Positions 37,401-45,696 of a DNA stretch of 57,351 bases are shown here, one piece after another (the stretch's first letter is position 1; the number at the start of each line of letters is the position of its first letter). Position numbers and translations under genes: made by a program. The notes below the pieces were generated by a model. It searched no databases, was not told the origin of the DNA, and saw nothing but the letters and a program-made list of their open reading frames with translations. The stretch lies in assembly GCA_964637705.1 (NCBI GenBank), contig CAZWVM010000003.1:1-57351 (forward strand), in the 5' to 3' direction. The stretch comes from an uncultured bacterium. GTDB taxonomy: Bacteria; UBA8481.

Positions 37401-37484
37401 GCACTGGGCCGCGAAATGAGGTTCGAGGCCGCCCTCCGGGGTGAAGAAGAGGACCGGCCCCGCGAGGGCGGACCTACCGGTCAT
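34431..37484 (-). CDS. 1017-aa fusion: capsule-biosynthesis-like GT-B region plus CgeB-like glycosyltransferase
   Basis: N-terminal VAYTSS, VVRVHP and SSVGMEMA segments; C-terminal FAGGLS, GNYRLFEATGMGA and FEPGAEV (CgeB-type signature); one open frame, ATGA overlap. Confidence 0.75.
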   Translation of the reverse strand: MTGRSALAGPVLFFTPEGGLEPHFAAQCLVARTLKERGHDVLFARCDRVFTGCPVHDSHGLTYPADPGRREEVCRRCREGADRMLREYGLEGVELEPLMAAGVAETVDKLIAAAPDDMAGFHHEDLPFGRVALADTILATRVCERTSIDGRVRGTWLRHLRNALTSYELVKRIGRDIGASRLLVFNNYALFVGARLAARSLGIPSLNLTLGGVVDRRRYILLHKNSESYVYLGWKNWPRWRDLALDEDRIAYSTGDLLKILRGVYTRSFARGRSAERTGVHERLGLDPGRRLLVAYTSSLDEMMSMQLCSDGMGDSFSLPAPPFPDQAEWIAALAKHVAARDDLQLVVRVHPREGTGTFEGREGTQHLARLRERFGALPPRVHFVWPRDPVSTYDLGEAADAVLVSWSSVGMEMARLGVPVLATTTGIGGFPQDDFVEWSPTPEGYFQKLEEILARKPELPTLLRAYRAHHLFNIALDLGDVVPHYEYPGLPPFRLPREATAIEEIIVGGREPVEIQYERLSALQGPDTVGAEPEILKRHLRLLVRFLLTGTYRPEDFTLVHAAWDGSPESWIERLGSAPLLRGVEVLLERTDRTAVYLDAEGATERFSPMALRLAAVSAQLRDSGLPGELPGLRAALAESAAPKAPGSPATPGTRPLRILLAVSYYEEYLRSFYRNRPGLSRASFREQSAALEADHFAWPAGLARHMRGEEGFEAEVVVTNAESLQRAWAAENGAGDYPWNAWREEILAERVRRFRPDVLWIFPFDLLGEGFLRRVRPYAGKILMWMGSPLHERIEARGIAALLTENPATLSAMHSEFGKVVVTTPGFGAAEILSALGRVEKKHAITFAGGLSPLHRRRAALIAWLLEQGFDIRLHGYAVADPGDPEYTRALERIRGVLRPPLFGLDYYRFLAESSVTLDFHGDCAAGNAGNYRLFEATGMGACVLTEEAPNLGTLFEPGAEVLTFRDREDLASTLEGLLAAPEKARRIAAAGQARTLSAHDFRAMVRKIRTAWEG

Positions 37485-38152
37485 GACCGCCTTCGACCCA
37501 GGAGGATCCTCCAGCGGTGCTCGATGCCGCAGATCGTCTCGATCGCGCCCCCGCTGCGGCGGTCCGGGATCTCCTCGACCGCGAAACCATGGCCCTCCAT
37601 GAACGCGATGACCTCGGCGGCCGGGTACGTGTTGTGGTAGACGCGGATGTGGCGGCTCCCCTCGTCGAGGTTCGAATCCGGGGTGTAGTTCACGACGAGA
37701 TCGTCGCCCAGGCTCTCGCGCAGGAGTATCGTGCGGCGCGCGGCAATGAGCAGACGCTCCAGCGGGCGCGCGTAGTGGGGGGCGTTCGTCAGGGTATTGA
37801 AACAGAGAACGTGGTCGAAAGGCCGGTCGAGATCCTCGATGTCGCCCTCGATGAAACGCTCCGGGCCCGTCCCCGCGGCGGCCATCTCTGCGCGGGCCAG
37901 CTCGATCATCTCCGGGGTGTGATCGAGCCCGTGATACTCGACCGGGATGCCGCGCGCCGCGAAGGACCAGAGGTAGTACCCCCCGCCGCAACCGGCGTCG
38001 AGAAGGGTTTCGCCGGGAGAGACGAGCGGCGCGAGGATCTCCGCGGCCTGGGCCGCGCATGTCATCTCCTCGGCCTCGCGGCGACAACGGCGCCGGTAGA
38101 GGTCGAGAAGCCTCCGGTCGTTGGCCCAGGGATTCCAGAGGGGATGGGCCAT
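37481..38152 (-). CDS. Class I SAM methyltransferase
   Basis: LLDAGCGGGYY and GLDHTPEM motifs; GGAG before the ATG at 38152 (GTG 38167 is an alternative). Confidence 0.85.
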   Translation of the reverse strand: MAHPLWNPWANDRRLLDLYRRRCRREAEEMTCAAQAAEILAPLVSPGETLLDAGCGGGYYLWSFAARGIPVEYHGLDHTPEMIELARAEMAAAGTGPERFIEGDIEDLDRPFDHVLCFNTLTNAPHYARPLERLLIAARRTILLRESLGDDLVVNYTPDSNLDEGSRHIRVYHNTYPAAEVIAFMEGHGFAVEEIPDRRSGGAIETICGIEHRWRILLGRRRS

Positions 38153-38171
38153 CCGTTTCTCCGTCACGGGA

Positions 38172-38924
38172 TCACTTCACCGCGTAAACGGCCCACATGG
38201 CCTGGATGTATTCGTCGTAGCCGCGCTTCTTCGCCTCGAAACGGGGCAGGGCGTAGTGGATCGGGCAGGGATCGACGAGGGCGAAGCCGGCGAGCAGGTC
38301 GCGCAGTTCCTCCGCGCGGTAGAAATGGCAGGTCCCGAGGTTCGTGAGATAGATCTTCGAGAGGCCGTCCTCGAGCCGGAGCGTGCCCGGGTCGCCCGTC
38401 AGTTCCCGGCCCTTCTCCAGGCGATAGACCGTGTGCTCCGTGCCGAGCATGTAGCCGCAGAAAAGTCCTCCCGGCTTCAGGACGCGGCCGATCTCGGAGA
38501 AGGCCGCGATCCGTTCCTCGCGGTCCACGTGCTGCAGCACGCAGGCCTCGACCACGCCGTCGAGGGACCCGTCCGGAAAGGGAAGGTGTCCCGCCCGGCC
38601 CTCCCTCAACTCGACCACGCGATCCGCCAGTCCCGACGCGGCGAGCGTTTCGCGGGCGAGGGCGAGAGCCGAAGTCGAGACGTCGATGCCGCTCACCTTC
38701 AGGCCGCGCGCCGCGAGCCAGCGAAGGTTCGGCCCCGCGCCGCAGCCGATCTCGAGGAAGTGAAGGCCGGAAATCGCCGGGTCGTCCGCGTTCCCCGGAA
38801 AGCGGTCCCTCAGGTGGTAGGAGACGTTCCGGACCAGAGACTCCACCGGCGCCGTGTTGAAGGCCCGCCGGGCGGACTGCTCGGCAAAGGACTCGTTCCA
38901 GAAGGTGCCGGCGTCCCGGGTCAC
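38172..38924 (-). CDS. Class I SAM methyltransferase
   Basis: FLEIGCGAG, GIDVS, LPFPDGSLD and VLKPGG motifs; GTGA overlap. Confidence 0.87.
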   Translation of the reverse strand: MTRDAGTFWNESFAEQSARRAFNTAPVESLVRNVSYHLRDRFPGNADDPAISGLHFLEIGCGAGPNLRWLAARGLKVSGIDVSTSALALARETLAASGLADRVVELREGRAGHLPFPDGSLDGVVEACVLQHVDREERIAAFSEIGRVLKPGGLFCGYMLGTEHTVYRLEKGRELTGDPGTLRLEDGLSKIYLTNLGTCHFYRAEELRDLLAGFALVDPCPIHYALPRFEAKKRGYDEYIQAMWAVYAVK

Positions 38925-40120
38925 GGCGTTCTCCTCTCTTCCGGCTCGAGGAACGCGTAGAGCGTGAACTTGCCGCTCGGCTCGCGCAGCCGCTCGAGGC
39001 GCAGGACCCGGAAACCGGCGCGGCGCGCCAGGATCGCCAGGGACGTCGGGCTGAAGACGTGCAGATGATCGATGAAGAACTCCTCGCGGTCCTTCCCGCC
39101 GTCGGCCGCCGCCTCCCCGTCGGGCAACTCGACGTAGACCGTGCCGCCCCGTGCAAGGTTCTCCGCGGCCTTCGCCAGCATGGGCACCGGCTCGGCCACG
39201 TGCTCGAGCACCCGGTTGAAGGTGACGAGATCGAAGCGCGCCGGGACGGGACATCGGAGATAATCGCCGTGGATCGCCGAGACGCCCACGGTCGCGCGGG
39301 CATGCTCCACGGAGCGCGCATCGGGATCGAGGGCGGTCGCGGACCAGCCGAGCGCCTTCATCCCGTTGAGAAAGACGCAAAGGCCCGAGCCGACATCGAG
39401 AACGGAGGGGCCCGGCGACGACGCGCGCGGGAAGGCGAATTCGTGCACGCGTCGCACGCGTCCCGCATTGTCCGATCGCTCCGGGGGCAGGCCCGTGATC
39501 CTGTCGAAGCTGGCGCGCAGGCCGGCCGCCCCGTAATTCGAGTCGACGTAGTCGCCCTGGTAGAGCTTCGAGATGTCCATGATATGAACCGAGAGGAAAT
39601 GCCCGCAGGATCGGCACTCGACCACTTCGCGCCGATAGACCTGCCCCGCGGCGAAGGCGAAGCGGATCTCCCCGGCCGGCGGCTCGTCGTAACGGAACCG
39701 GGTCGAAAACGCCGTTCCGCCGCAGAGGCAAACCGGCCCCGGGGCCGGCGCGAGCCGCCGCTCGAGCGACTCGAGATCCTCGGTCGAGGAGATCCACGCG
39801 ACGACCGTGTGTTCCTCCACCGCGAGGTAAGCCTCGAACTCGGCCTCCCGGCCCTTCTCGAGGACGAAGACGTAGTACCTCTGCTGGGGACTCTTGACGA
39901 GGCAGGCCCGGAGTCCGAAGGAGGCGAGTCGGCCGTTCAGGGAGGGCGTGGCATAGAAGCCCCACGATTTCCGGGCCACGTCGTACTCGGCGCCGGACTC
40001 GGTCACGAAGGTGATCTGCTCGTCGGGAGCGAGGTGAAGGCGCCCGCAGTCGGCCAGCGTGATCTTCTCGCCGCGCCCGACCTCGAATCGCCGGGGCGGA
40101 TTCTTCTCCTCGAACTTCAT
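38921..40120 (-). CDS. Fusion of an uncharacterised ~120-aa domain to a Zn-finger class I methyltransferase
   Basis: N-terminal MKFEEKNPPRRFEVG...YATPSLNGRL; then CLC...CRSC, VLDVGSG, FNRVLEHV and FFIDHLHVF. Confidence 0.78.
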   Translation of the reverse strand: MKFEEKNPPRRFEVGRGEKITLADCGRLHLAPDEQITFVTESGAEYDVARKSWGFYATPSLNGRLASFGLRACLVKSPQQRYYVFVLEKGREAEFEAYLAVEEHTVVAWISSTEDLESLERRLAPAPGPVCLCGGTAFSTRFRYDEPPAGEIRFAFAAGQVYRREVVECRSCGHFLSVHIMDISKLYQGDYVDSNYGAAGLRASFDRITGLPPERSDNAGRVRRVHEFAFPRASSPGPSVLDVGSGLCVFLNGMKALGWSATALDPDARSVEHARATVGVSAIHGDYLRCPVPARFDLVTFNRVLEHVAEPVPMLAKAAENLARGGTVYVELPDGEAAADGGKDREEFFIDHLHVFSPTSLAILARRAGFRVLRLERLREPSGKFTLYAFLEPEERRTP

Positions 40121-41235
40121 GACCAGGTCCAGTCCGGAACGAGGAACCCGGGCATGACCCACCGGCCGTCGACCTTCTTCCAGATCGTGAGGTTGCGGAA
40201 TCTCTCGCAGACCGCGAAGAAGCGCTCGCGCGTCAGGCCGACGAAATCGCAGAACAGGTCGATCTCCGGGAGCGGCGTTTCGTCCCCGCGTCTCTTGAGA
40301 ATCCCGATCGCCTCGTCCCGCGTCATCCGACCGTTGCGGATCTCCAGCGACAGGTTGTCGAAGGTGCGCGTCATGCCGAACTTGTGCCACTTGAGGAAAT
40401 GGTGGATCGCGATGAAGTCGTCGTCGATGTCGGCGTAATCGTAATACCCCGTGAGCGGTCCCTCGGCGCGGGGCCTGAAGCCATGACTTACGGCGGACGC
40501 CAGCGTCGTCTCCGGATCCCAGGGGAAGTAGTAGCCGAGGAAGATCGCGAGCACCTTCTTCGCCTCCAGTTCCTCGTCCGAGGGGCCGAAATACGGCGTC
40601 AGTTCCGATGAGGTCAGTTCCTTTCCAACCCAGTCCCGGGCCGTCGTGCCGTGCGTCACGCCGAACTTCTCGCGCCACGCCCGGTCCATCCGGAAACCCA
40701 GCCGCTCCTCGCCCGTCCCGCCATACTCGAAGGCCGAGTTCTCTCCCCAGACGACCAGGGGAATGTCGAACCGGGCCGCGATCGCGGTTGGAATGTTGAA
40801 GAGGGCCATGTGCATCGGGATCCCGGTTGCGCCGTAACGCTCGAAGGCGAGCCGGAGGAACTTCCTCTCGACCTTCGGGCTGACCTGGTAGTCGATGTGA
40901 TCGACGCCGAGGGAGACGAGGTTTTCGAGGTTCGCGGCGCCGATCGCCGTGCGCGACGGCGCCTTCCAGGTCACGCAGAGGGGGTTGAGGCCGTGCTCGA
41001 GGCAGGTGACGACCTGCCACGTGCTGTCCTTGCCGCCCGAAACCGGGATCACGCAGTCGTAGCCCGTCGAACGTGACTTCGCGTTCCGCACGACATCGCG
41101 GAAGGCCTCGGCGCGGCTCGCCCAGTCGATGCCCGGCCGGGTCTCGTGGTTGCGGCACGCGCTGCAGACCCCCGACTCGTCGATGACGACCTGGGGCCGC
41201 GTGTCCGGCGTGATGCATCGCGTGCAGTATCTCAT
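40117..41235 (-). CDS. N-acetyl sugar amidotransferase (WbpG/WbuX-like)
   Basis: MRYCTRCI, CSAC, VSGGKDS (PP-loop), VWGEN, KFGMTR and IRNGRMTRDEA motifs. Confidence 0.92.
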   Translation of the reverse strand: MRYCTRCITPDTRPQVVIDESGVCSACRNHETRPGIDWASRAEAFRDVVRNAKSRSTGYDCVIPVSGGKDSTWQVVTCLEHGLNPLCVTWKAPSRTAIGAANLENLVSLGVDHIDYQVSPKVERKFLRLAFERYGATGIPMHMALFNIPTAIAARFDIPLVVWGENSAFEYGGTGEERLGFRMDRAWREKFGVTHGTTARDWVGKELTSSELTPYFGPSDEELEAKKVLAIFLGYYFPWDPETTLASAVSHGFRPRAEGPLTGYYDYADIDDDFIAIHHFLKWHKFGMTRTFDNLSLEIRNGRMTRDEAIGILKRRGDETPLPEIDLFCDFVGLTRERFFAVCERFRNLTIWKKVDGRWVMPGFLVPDWTWS

Positions 41236-41236
41236 C

Positions 41237-43066
41237 TCAGGCGGATTCCTCGAGAAAGAGCTTAGCGCAGAGGAAATAGAAGAGGAACTTGCTTTCGCTG
41301 TTGGGGAGATGGTCGCGGGAAAGGAGGACTTCCACGGCCGGCCTCTTCACAAGATCGTAGATCGGGCTCTCGTCCAGGACCGCCGCACGGACAGAGGGAT
41401 CCTTCACGTCGAGCAGGTCATGGATCGAGGCGTTGAACCCGACCTTCCGGGGATTGTCCAAGACCACGTCGGGCACCGTCCCGCGCACGGCATCACGCAG
41501 GAGCGCCTTGGCGAGGCCGTCCTTCACGAGGTGACGCGTGGGCACGCGGCCGCAGAAGTCGAAGAGGGCGCGATCGAGGTAGGGCGAGCGGTTTTCGACG
41601 GACCAGTACATCGCGTTCAGGTCGTCCTCGTGCAGGATGACGGGCACGTTCTCGTGGAAAAGCTCGTTGAGCATCCGGTTCCTCAGGAGTTCCGCGCCGT
41701 AATCCTGTTCGGAGTAGTCCTCGTTCCACCCGGCGTGCAGCGCGGCGGAGAACTCCTCCGCCCCCAGGAGGATGTGCCCGCGGAAGGCCGGGTCCCGGTC
41801 GAAGAGTTCCGGGTCCGAGAGGAACGGATTGCGGACGTGCGGCTTTACCTTTTCTTCCCAGTTCCGACGCGACCGGGCGTACAGCTCCGCGTCGCCCCGC
41901 ACCGCGTGCAGGTAGGCGAGGTGATGGTCGTAGTAGCCGCTCAGCAACTCGTCCGCCGCCGTTCCGCTCACCGAGATGCGGTAACCGCTCTCGGCGATAT
42001 TTCTCAGCAGCTGCCAGTGGGCGTAGTACGTGATCGTGTACACGGGCGCATCGTGGTAGCGAACGAGGGTGCGCAGGTTCTCGAGGAAGCCCGAGGTCTC
42101 GAGCGGCACGTAGGTGTGGCGGATGCCGAGTTCCCGCACGGCGGGATCGACCACCGGCCGCTCGTCGTAACGAGGATCCTCGGAGTAGATCGTGAACCCG
42201 TGGACGTCGTAGCCGAGGCGGCGGGCGGCCAGGCTGATGAGCGCATTCGAGTCGATGCCGCCGCTCATGCAGAAGGCCAGGGGCACGTCCGCGCGCAGTC
42301 TCAGCCTCATCGCGGACGTCAACCGCTCGCGGACGCCCTCGACCGCGGCGTCGTAGGACATCGATGAGTCGGGCACGAAGGCCGGAGTCCAGTACCGCAT
42401 CCTCGTCTCGCGCCCTTCGCCGTCCACGGAGAGGATCGTGGCCGGCGGCAGATCCTCGATCCCCCGGAAAAACCGCTCTTGTCCCTTGTACAGGGCCTTG
42501 TAACCGTGGACGAGGTAGCGGCAGAGGTGGTTCTCGTTGACCTCGAACGGGCGGCCCCGGAGCGCCGCGAGATCCTTCACCTCCGAGGCGAAATAGAGCC
42601 CGTCACCATCGCGCGCCAGGACGAGGGGCTTCTCCCCGAAGCGGTCACGACCGAGGAGAAGCGACCCGTCCGTCTCGTCGAAGACGGCGAAGGCCCACAT
42701 GCCCTCGCAGAAGTCGAGCGCCCCGACACCCGCGTGCTCGAGCGCGGCCAGGAGCACCTCGGTGTCCGACGAGGTCGCGAATCCCTGTCCCTCATCCTCG
42801 AGCCGCTTTCGCACCTCGAGGTAGTTGTACAGCTCGCCGTTGTACACCATCCACTTCGATCCGCGGCGGTAGGGCTGGTTCGCACGCGGGTCGAGGTCGA
42901 TGATGGAGAGACGGCTGTGAAGGAGATGGACGTGCGTGCCGCGCGCGGTCCGGAAGGACTTGTGGTCCGCGTGGTCCGGTCCGCGACGCCTCATGAGCGA
43001 GAGGCACGACTCGATCCGGTCCCGTGCGAGAGGCGACGGCCCGATGTAGCCCGCGATCCCGCACAT
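41237..43066 (-). CDS. asnB: Glutamine-hydrolysing asparagine synthase-family amidotransferase
   Basis: MCGIAG (catalytic Cys2), RRGPD, RLSIID, YNGELYN, RDRFGEKPL, SGGIDS and ENRSPYLD motifs. Confidence 0.93.
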   Translation of the reverse strand: MCGIAGYIGPSPLARDRIESCLSLMRRRGPDHADHKSFRTARGTHVHLLHSRLSIIDLDPRANQPYRRGSKWMVYNGELYNYLEVRKRLEDEGQGFATSSDTEVLLAALEHAGVGALDFCEGMWAFAVFDETDGSLLLGRDRFGEKPLVLARDGDGLYFASEVKDLAALRGRPFEVNENHLCRYLVHGYKALYKGQERFFRGIEDLPPATILSVDGEGRETRMRYWTPAFVPDSSMSYDAAVEGVRERLTSAMRLRLRADVPLAFCMSGGIDSNALISLAARRLGYDVHGFTIYSEDPRYDERPVVDPAVRELGIRHTYVPLETSGFLENLRTLVRYHDAPVYTITYYAHWQLLRNIAESGYRISVSGTAADELLSGYYDHHLAYLHAVRGDAELYARSRRNWEEKVKPHVRNPFLSDPELFDRDPAFRGHILLGAEEFSAALHAGWNEDYSEQDYGAELLRNRMLNELFHENVPVILHEDDLNAMYWSVENRSPYLDRALFDFCGRVPTRHLVKDGLAKALLRDAVRGTVPDVVLDNPRKVGFNASIHDLLDVKDPSVRAAVLDESPIYDLVKRPAVEVLLSRDHLPNSESKFLFYFLCAKLFLEESA

Positions 43067-43067
43067 C

Positions 43068-43973
43068 TCAGGTCACCATGACCCGGCGCAGGCGGAAGAG
43101 GTCGTCGCCGACGCGGTTCGCGCCGGGTTGTGCCGTGGGACAGCAGGCGATGCCCTTCGCCTTCAGCCGCGCGACCACGGGTTCCGCGTCGCAACCCGGG
43201 AGTCCCTCCGGGTAGGAGTAATGCTCGATCGGCCGGCCGAGGAGGGACGAGAGGATCCCGAAACTCGTGGCAATCTCCTCGTCAAGGTCCCGATCGTCGA
43301 GATGCTCGAGCATCCGGTGCGTGTGGCCGTGGCCGCCCACGGTCATCCCGGGCAGGGACGCGAGCGTACGAATCTCGGGACAGGTGAGCTTCCGATCGAG
43401 GTAGGGATCCTCGTCGCACGGGCCGCATCCCAGCTGTTTCCGAACCTCTTCGGCGAACCGGTAGGGATCACGCGCGCGGTCCCCCTTCACGACACGCCGG
43501 ATCTCCTCGAGAAGCGCGATCTTCTCCAGGCGCGTGACGGCCCGACGCGGTGCGCCGGGCAGGAGGTCGCGCAGTTCCACGACCGGGCGAACTTCGAAAG
43601 CTTCCTCTATCGCGTCGATCCAGGACCGGGACTTCCCGTCAAGGAAACCGGTCGTGACGTAGAAGGTCGCCGGAAGACCGCGAGCGGCGAGGAGCGGGGC
43701 GGCCACCGTGAGGTTGTTCGCGAAGCCGTCGTCGAAGGTGATCGCGAAGGCATGCGGCGGCAATGTCCCGCCTCCGCGCGACGCCTCCACGACCTCCTGC
43801 ATCCCGACGCACGTCCCGGCCGCCTTCAGGTCGTCGATCACCTCGATGAACCGGGCCGCCTCGAGATGCTTCGCCGTGTAGTTCCTCACCGTGTGCCGCT
43901 GCTCCGGGATGACCCCGTGGAAAAGGAAGACGACGTAGCCGTCGTCGCGGAGGAGGGAGGAATAATCCGTCAC
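43068..43973 (-). CDS. Polysaccharide deacetylase (NodB-like)
   Basis: FLFHG, ITFDDG, ATFYV, GGHGHTH and YSYPEG motifs; GTGA overlap. Confidence 0.88.
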   Translation of the reverse strand: MTDYSSLLRDDGYVVFLFHGVIPEQRHTVRNYTAKHLEAARFIEVIDDLKAAGTCVGMQEVVEASRGGGTLPPHAFAITFDDGFANNLTVAAPLLAARGLPATFYVTTGFLDGKSRSWIDAIEEAFEVRPVVELRDLLPGAPRRAVTRLEKIALLEEIRRVVKGDRARDPYRFAEEVRKQLGCGPCDEDPYLDRKLTCPEIRTLASLPGMTVGGHGHTHRMLEHLDDRDLDEEIATSFGILSSLLGRPIEHYSYPEGLPGCDAEPVVARLKAKGIACCPTAQPGANRVGDDLFRLRRVMVT

Positions 43974-44680
43974 AACGCGGTCACGTGCCTTCGGAAGATC
44001 GCGACGCACTCCTCCTTTCGCTCGGCCGGCATCGCCGAGAAGTACCGTCCACGGCGGGTCTGCGGCCGCGCCGGCAGGGTTCTTCCCCCGCGCAGGAGAT
44101 CGAGGGCCGAGACCGTCAGGGAGAGACAGGCGCTCGTGTTCATCGCGCGCAAATGTTCGATCCGGGTTTGCTGGGTCAACGGAAGAGTCTCCTGGGCCAC
44201 GATGGCGCCGGTGTCGAGGTCGCGGTCAACGTGATGAAGCGTCGTCACGAGCGCGTCGAACGTGCCGTCGAGAATGGCCCAGAGATGGGAATCGAGACCC
44301 CGGTAGCGCTCCGGGTCGCCGCCGTGCAGGTTGAGGCAGGCCCGGCTCGGGATCGCGATGAGCTCGGCGCCGAGCTTGCCCGTGCCGAAGACGAGGATGA
44401 CGTCGGGCTTCAATGCTCCCAGGACCGCGCGCGTTTCCGCATCGTTGACGGACACGGCCCGGCGCACGGGCGCAATCTCCTCGAAGACCGGCAAGCGCCC
44501 CCCGAAGAGTAACTCCTTCTCGTAATCGTCGCGCAACGTCTCGAAGGGATGCGCCGTGGGAAACGGGTGAACCGGTTTCGCCGTTTCCAGGAGAACCAGG
44601 GCCAGGGGATGGCGGGCATGGAGCTCGCGCGCGTAATAGACATGGTGCACGGTCTCCGTGGTGAGGAGCGCTACCTTCAC
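43970..44680 (-). CDS. Formyltransferase-family protein
   Basis: LNLHGG...YRGLDS, TLHHVDRDLDTGAI (N/H/D catalytic set); GTGA overlap. Confidence 0.87.
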   Translation of the reverse strand: MKVALLTTETVHHVYYARELHARHPLALVLLETAKPVHPFPTAHPFETLRDDYEKELLFGGRLPVFEEIAPVRRAVSVNDAETRAVLGALKPDVILVFGTGKLGAELIAIPSRACLNLHGGDPERYRGLDSHLWAILDGTFDALVTTLHHVDRDLDTGAIVAQETLPLTQQTRIEHLRAMNTSACLSLTVSALDLLRGGRTLPARPQTRRGRYFSAMPAERKEECVAIFRRHVTAL

Positions 44681-45696
44681 CCGTTTTCCTCGACGTCCCC
44701 GGCGCCGAGAATCTCTCCCGCGGCGACGTCCCTCGTCAATCGCCGGCCGACGAGACGATCCTCTTCGCCGGGAAGAAGCCCCGCCCGGGGGCGTATCCAC
44801 GTCAGGTCCGCGAGCCCGATCACGTCGCCGCGCCTGAGCGGCCGGGCGGTCGCGATGGAGCGGCGCAGGGCCGCGCGGTTTCCCTCCTCGCAGGGCTGGA
44901 TCCCCTTCTCGCCGCTTCCCAGGAGCCTCTCGGTCTCCCGCACGCGTTCCACCAGGCGGCGGAATTCCGCGGGATCGGCCGAGAGCTTGTGATCGCGGAA
45001 GGAGGAATAATCGTGATCCAGCGTGAAGTGCTTCTCCACGATGCGGGCGCCCGCGGCCACGGCCGCGACGGCCGCCTCGATCCCGAGGGTGTGATCCGAG
45101 TAGCCGATCGTCGCGCCGGGAAAACGCGCGCCGAGCGCGGCGATGTTCCCGAGGTGGACCTCCCCGATCGGGACCGGGTAGGCGGCGACACAGTGCAGGA
45201 GCGCCAGTCCCGCGGAGACGCCCGGCGGGCGAGACGAGCGAATGCACGCCACGGCACGATCGACTCCGGCCATGTCGGTGAGCCCCGTCGAAAGGATCAC
45301 GGGGCGGAAACCCGAAGCGATGCGCCGGATGAGCGGGTAGAAGTCGTTGTCACCCGAGGCGATCTTCACCGCGTCCGCGATCTCCTCCACGAGGGCCGCG
45401 CTCTCGAGGTCGAACGGCGTCGAGATGAAGAGAAGTCCCCGGGCGCGGGCCTGGTCCGACAGCCTTCGGAACTCGTCGGGGGAGAGCTGGAACGATTGCA
45501 GGCGGTGGAACCTCTCGGCGTCGGACGCGCTGACGTAGTGCTCAGCGCGGAACGTCTGGAACTTGACGGCGTCCGCCCCGGTCGTCGCGGCCTCCTCCAC
45601 CAACCTTGCCGCCGTCTCGAAACTCCCCTCGTGGTTGTTGCCGATCTCCGCGACGATGAGAACCCGGTTGTCCGTCTCGAGGGCGCCGACTTTCAT
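44677..45696 (-). CDS. neuB: NeuB/SpsE-family nonulosonic acid synthase with SAF domain
   Basis: IVAEIGNNHEG, DAVKFQ, STPFD, KIASGD, LHCVAAYP, GYSDHT, EKHFTLD and RRSI motifs. Product specificity (Neu/Leg/Pse) is not resolvable from sequence by eye. Confidence 0.92.
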   Translation of the reverse strand: MKVGALETDNRVLIVAEIGNNHEGSFETAARLVEEAATTGADAVKFQTFRAEHYVSASDAERFHRLQSFQLSPDEFRRLSDQARARGLLFISTPFDLESAALVEEIADAVKIASGDNDFYPLIRRIASGFRPVILSTGLTDMAGVDRAVACIRSSRPPGVSAGLALLHCVAAYPVPIGEVHLGNIAALGARFPGATIGYSDHTLGIEAAVAAVAAGARIVEKHFTLDHDYSSFRDHKLSADPAEFRRLVERVRETERLLGSGEKGIQPCEEGNRAALRRSIATARPLRRGDVIGLADLTWIRPRAGLLPGEEDRLVGRRLTRDVAAGEILGAGDVEENG

